A DNA stretch of 64,000 nt from an uncultured bacterium (lineage in GTDB: Bacteria > Myxococcota_A > UBA796 > CAJQPC01). Positions 63,728 to 64,000 of the stretch are shown one piece after another. Each line of letters opens with the position of its first letter. Position 1 is the first letter of the stretch. The translations under genes and the position numbers were made by a program. The stretch lies in the NCBI GenBank assembly GCA_963934385.1, contig CAWVYO010000001.1, positions 4,765-68,764 on the forward strand. Direction: 5' to 3'. Under the pieces are notes generated by a model. The model saw only the letters and a list, made by a program, of their open reading frames with translations. It did no database searches and had not been told where the DNA came from.

Positions 63728-64000
63728 TCCGATTGTAGTCGGAATAGCTGGGGGAACAGCCTCTGGAAAGAGCACACTAGCCCATCGTCTTTCTCGATAT
63801 TATGGCGATAGGTGTCTGTTATTGAGTCACGACCGATACTATCTAGATGTAGATGATCCTTCGGGCCATAATTATGACCATCCGAGCTCCCTGGAGACTT
63901 CGTTGTGTGCCGAGCACGTGCGAGCCTTAAAATCCGGATGCCCAGTAGAGCTTCCAAATTACGATTTTTCAACCCACTCACGTATGAACCTAGCAGATCC
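63714..64000 (+). CDS. udk: Uridine kinase, N-terminal part; the 3' end lies outside the window
   Basis: 'IVVGIAGGTASGKSTLA' (P-loop), 'LSHDRYY', 'NYDHPSSLE', 'ELPNYDFSTHSR'. Start is GTG 63714 (or TTG 63711). The track's antisense ORF 63724-63981 is a shadow of this gene. Confidence 0.85.
   Translation, partial: MGKISPIVVGIAGGTASGKSTLAHRLSRYYGDRCLLLSHDRYYLDVDDPSGHNYDHPSSLETSLCAEHVRALKSGCPVELPNYDFSTHSRMNLAD

Noticed and set aside
63724-63981. 85-aa minus-strand ORF at the right edge of the window
   Set aside because: The plus strand encodes a clear uridine kinase N-terminus (IVVGIAGGTASGKSTLA...), so the minus ORF is a shadow.

Overview
This window is the origin-proximal part of a bacterial chromosome. 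GC is roughly 50% by eye. All calls below come from reading the supplied translations and DNA. No database, HMM or folding search was run.

Core genes: the minus strand carries dnaA-dnaN-recF-gyrB (9368 down to 2949). The plus strand carries rpmH-rnpA-yidD-yidC-jag-mnmE (9699-14376). rpmH (51 aa) is absent from the ORF track. A probable oriC lies in the AT-rich dnaA-dnaN spacer and contains one perfect DnaA box.

The rest of the usual origin cluster (mnmG-rsmG, then parA-parB) is displaced. About 38 kb separates mnmE from mnmG, and about 6 kb separates rsmG from parA. The intervening DNA mixes two kinds of genes:
- Housekeeping: gshB, pcp, nadK, dapF/dapD/dapE, mltG, and RluA-type and RumA-type RNA-modification enzymes.
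- Envelope, secreted or of unknown function: a 1162-aa multi-repeat lipoprotein, FG-GAP/ASPIC proteins, a BNR-repeat protein, a PEGA protein, a LysM protein, two ArnT/PMT-like GT-C membrane proteins, a rhomboid protease and an RND/MMPL-type exporter.

The domain repertoire, a Cys-containing C-terminal sorting tail, a bactofilin and the GTTCCACGTGGAAC-type parS suggest a Myxococcota/Bdellovibrionota-like lineage. This is inference only.

I saw no rRNA, tRNA, CRISPR array, transposase, integrase or recognisable phage or defence cassette.

Candidates for something undescribed (none provable from sequence alone):
1. Two identical parS palindromes bracket a 6-kb, three-gene secreted-protein insertion next to parAB, and a bactofilin gene overlaps the parB stop.
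2. A dapE / GT-C glycosyltransferase-like / rhomboid string coupled by ATGA overlaps, with a tripartite C-terminal sorting-signal protein nearby.
3. A single-polypeptide class III cyclase / STAND NTPase / TPR protein.
4. Two ArsA/Get3-like ATPases coupled by ATGA overlaps to a small beta-barrel-like secreted protein, directly behind gyrB.
5. A coupled pair of B12-binding radical SAM enzymes with no obvious substrate gene.
6. A duplicated promoter plus lipoprotein-leader fragment that now forms a 38-codon upstream ORF of a thioesterase gene.
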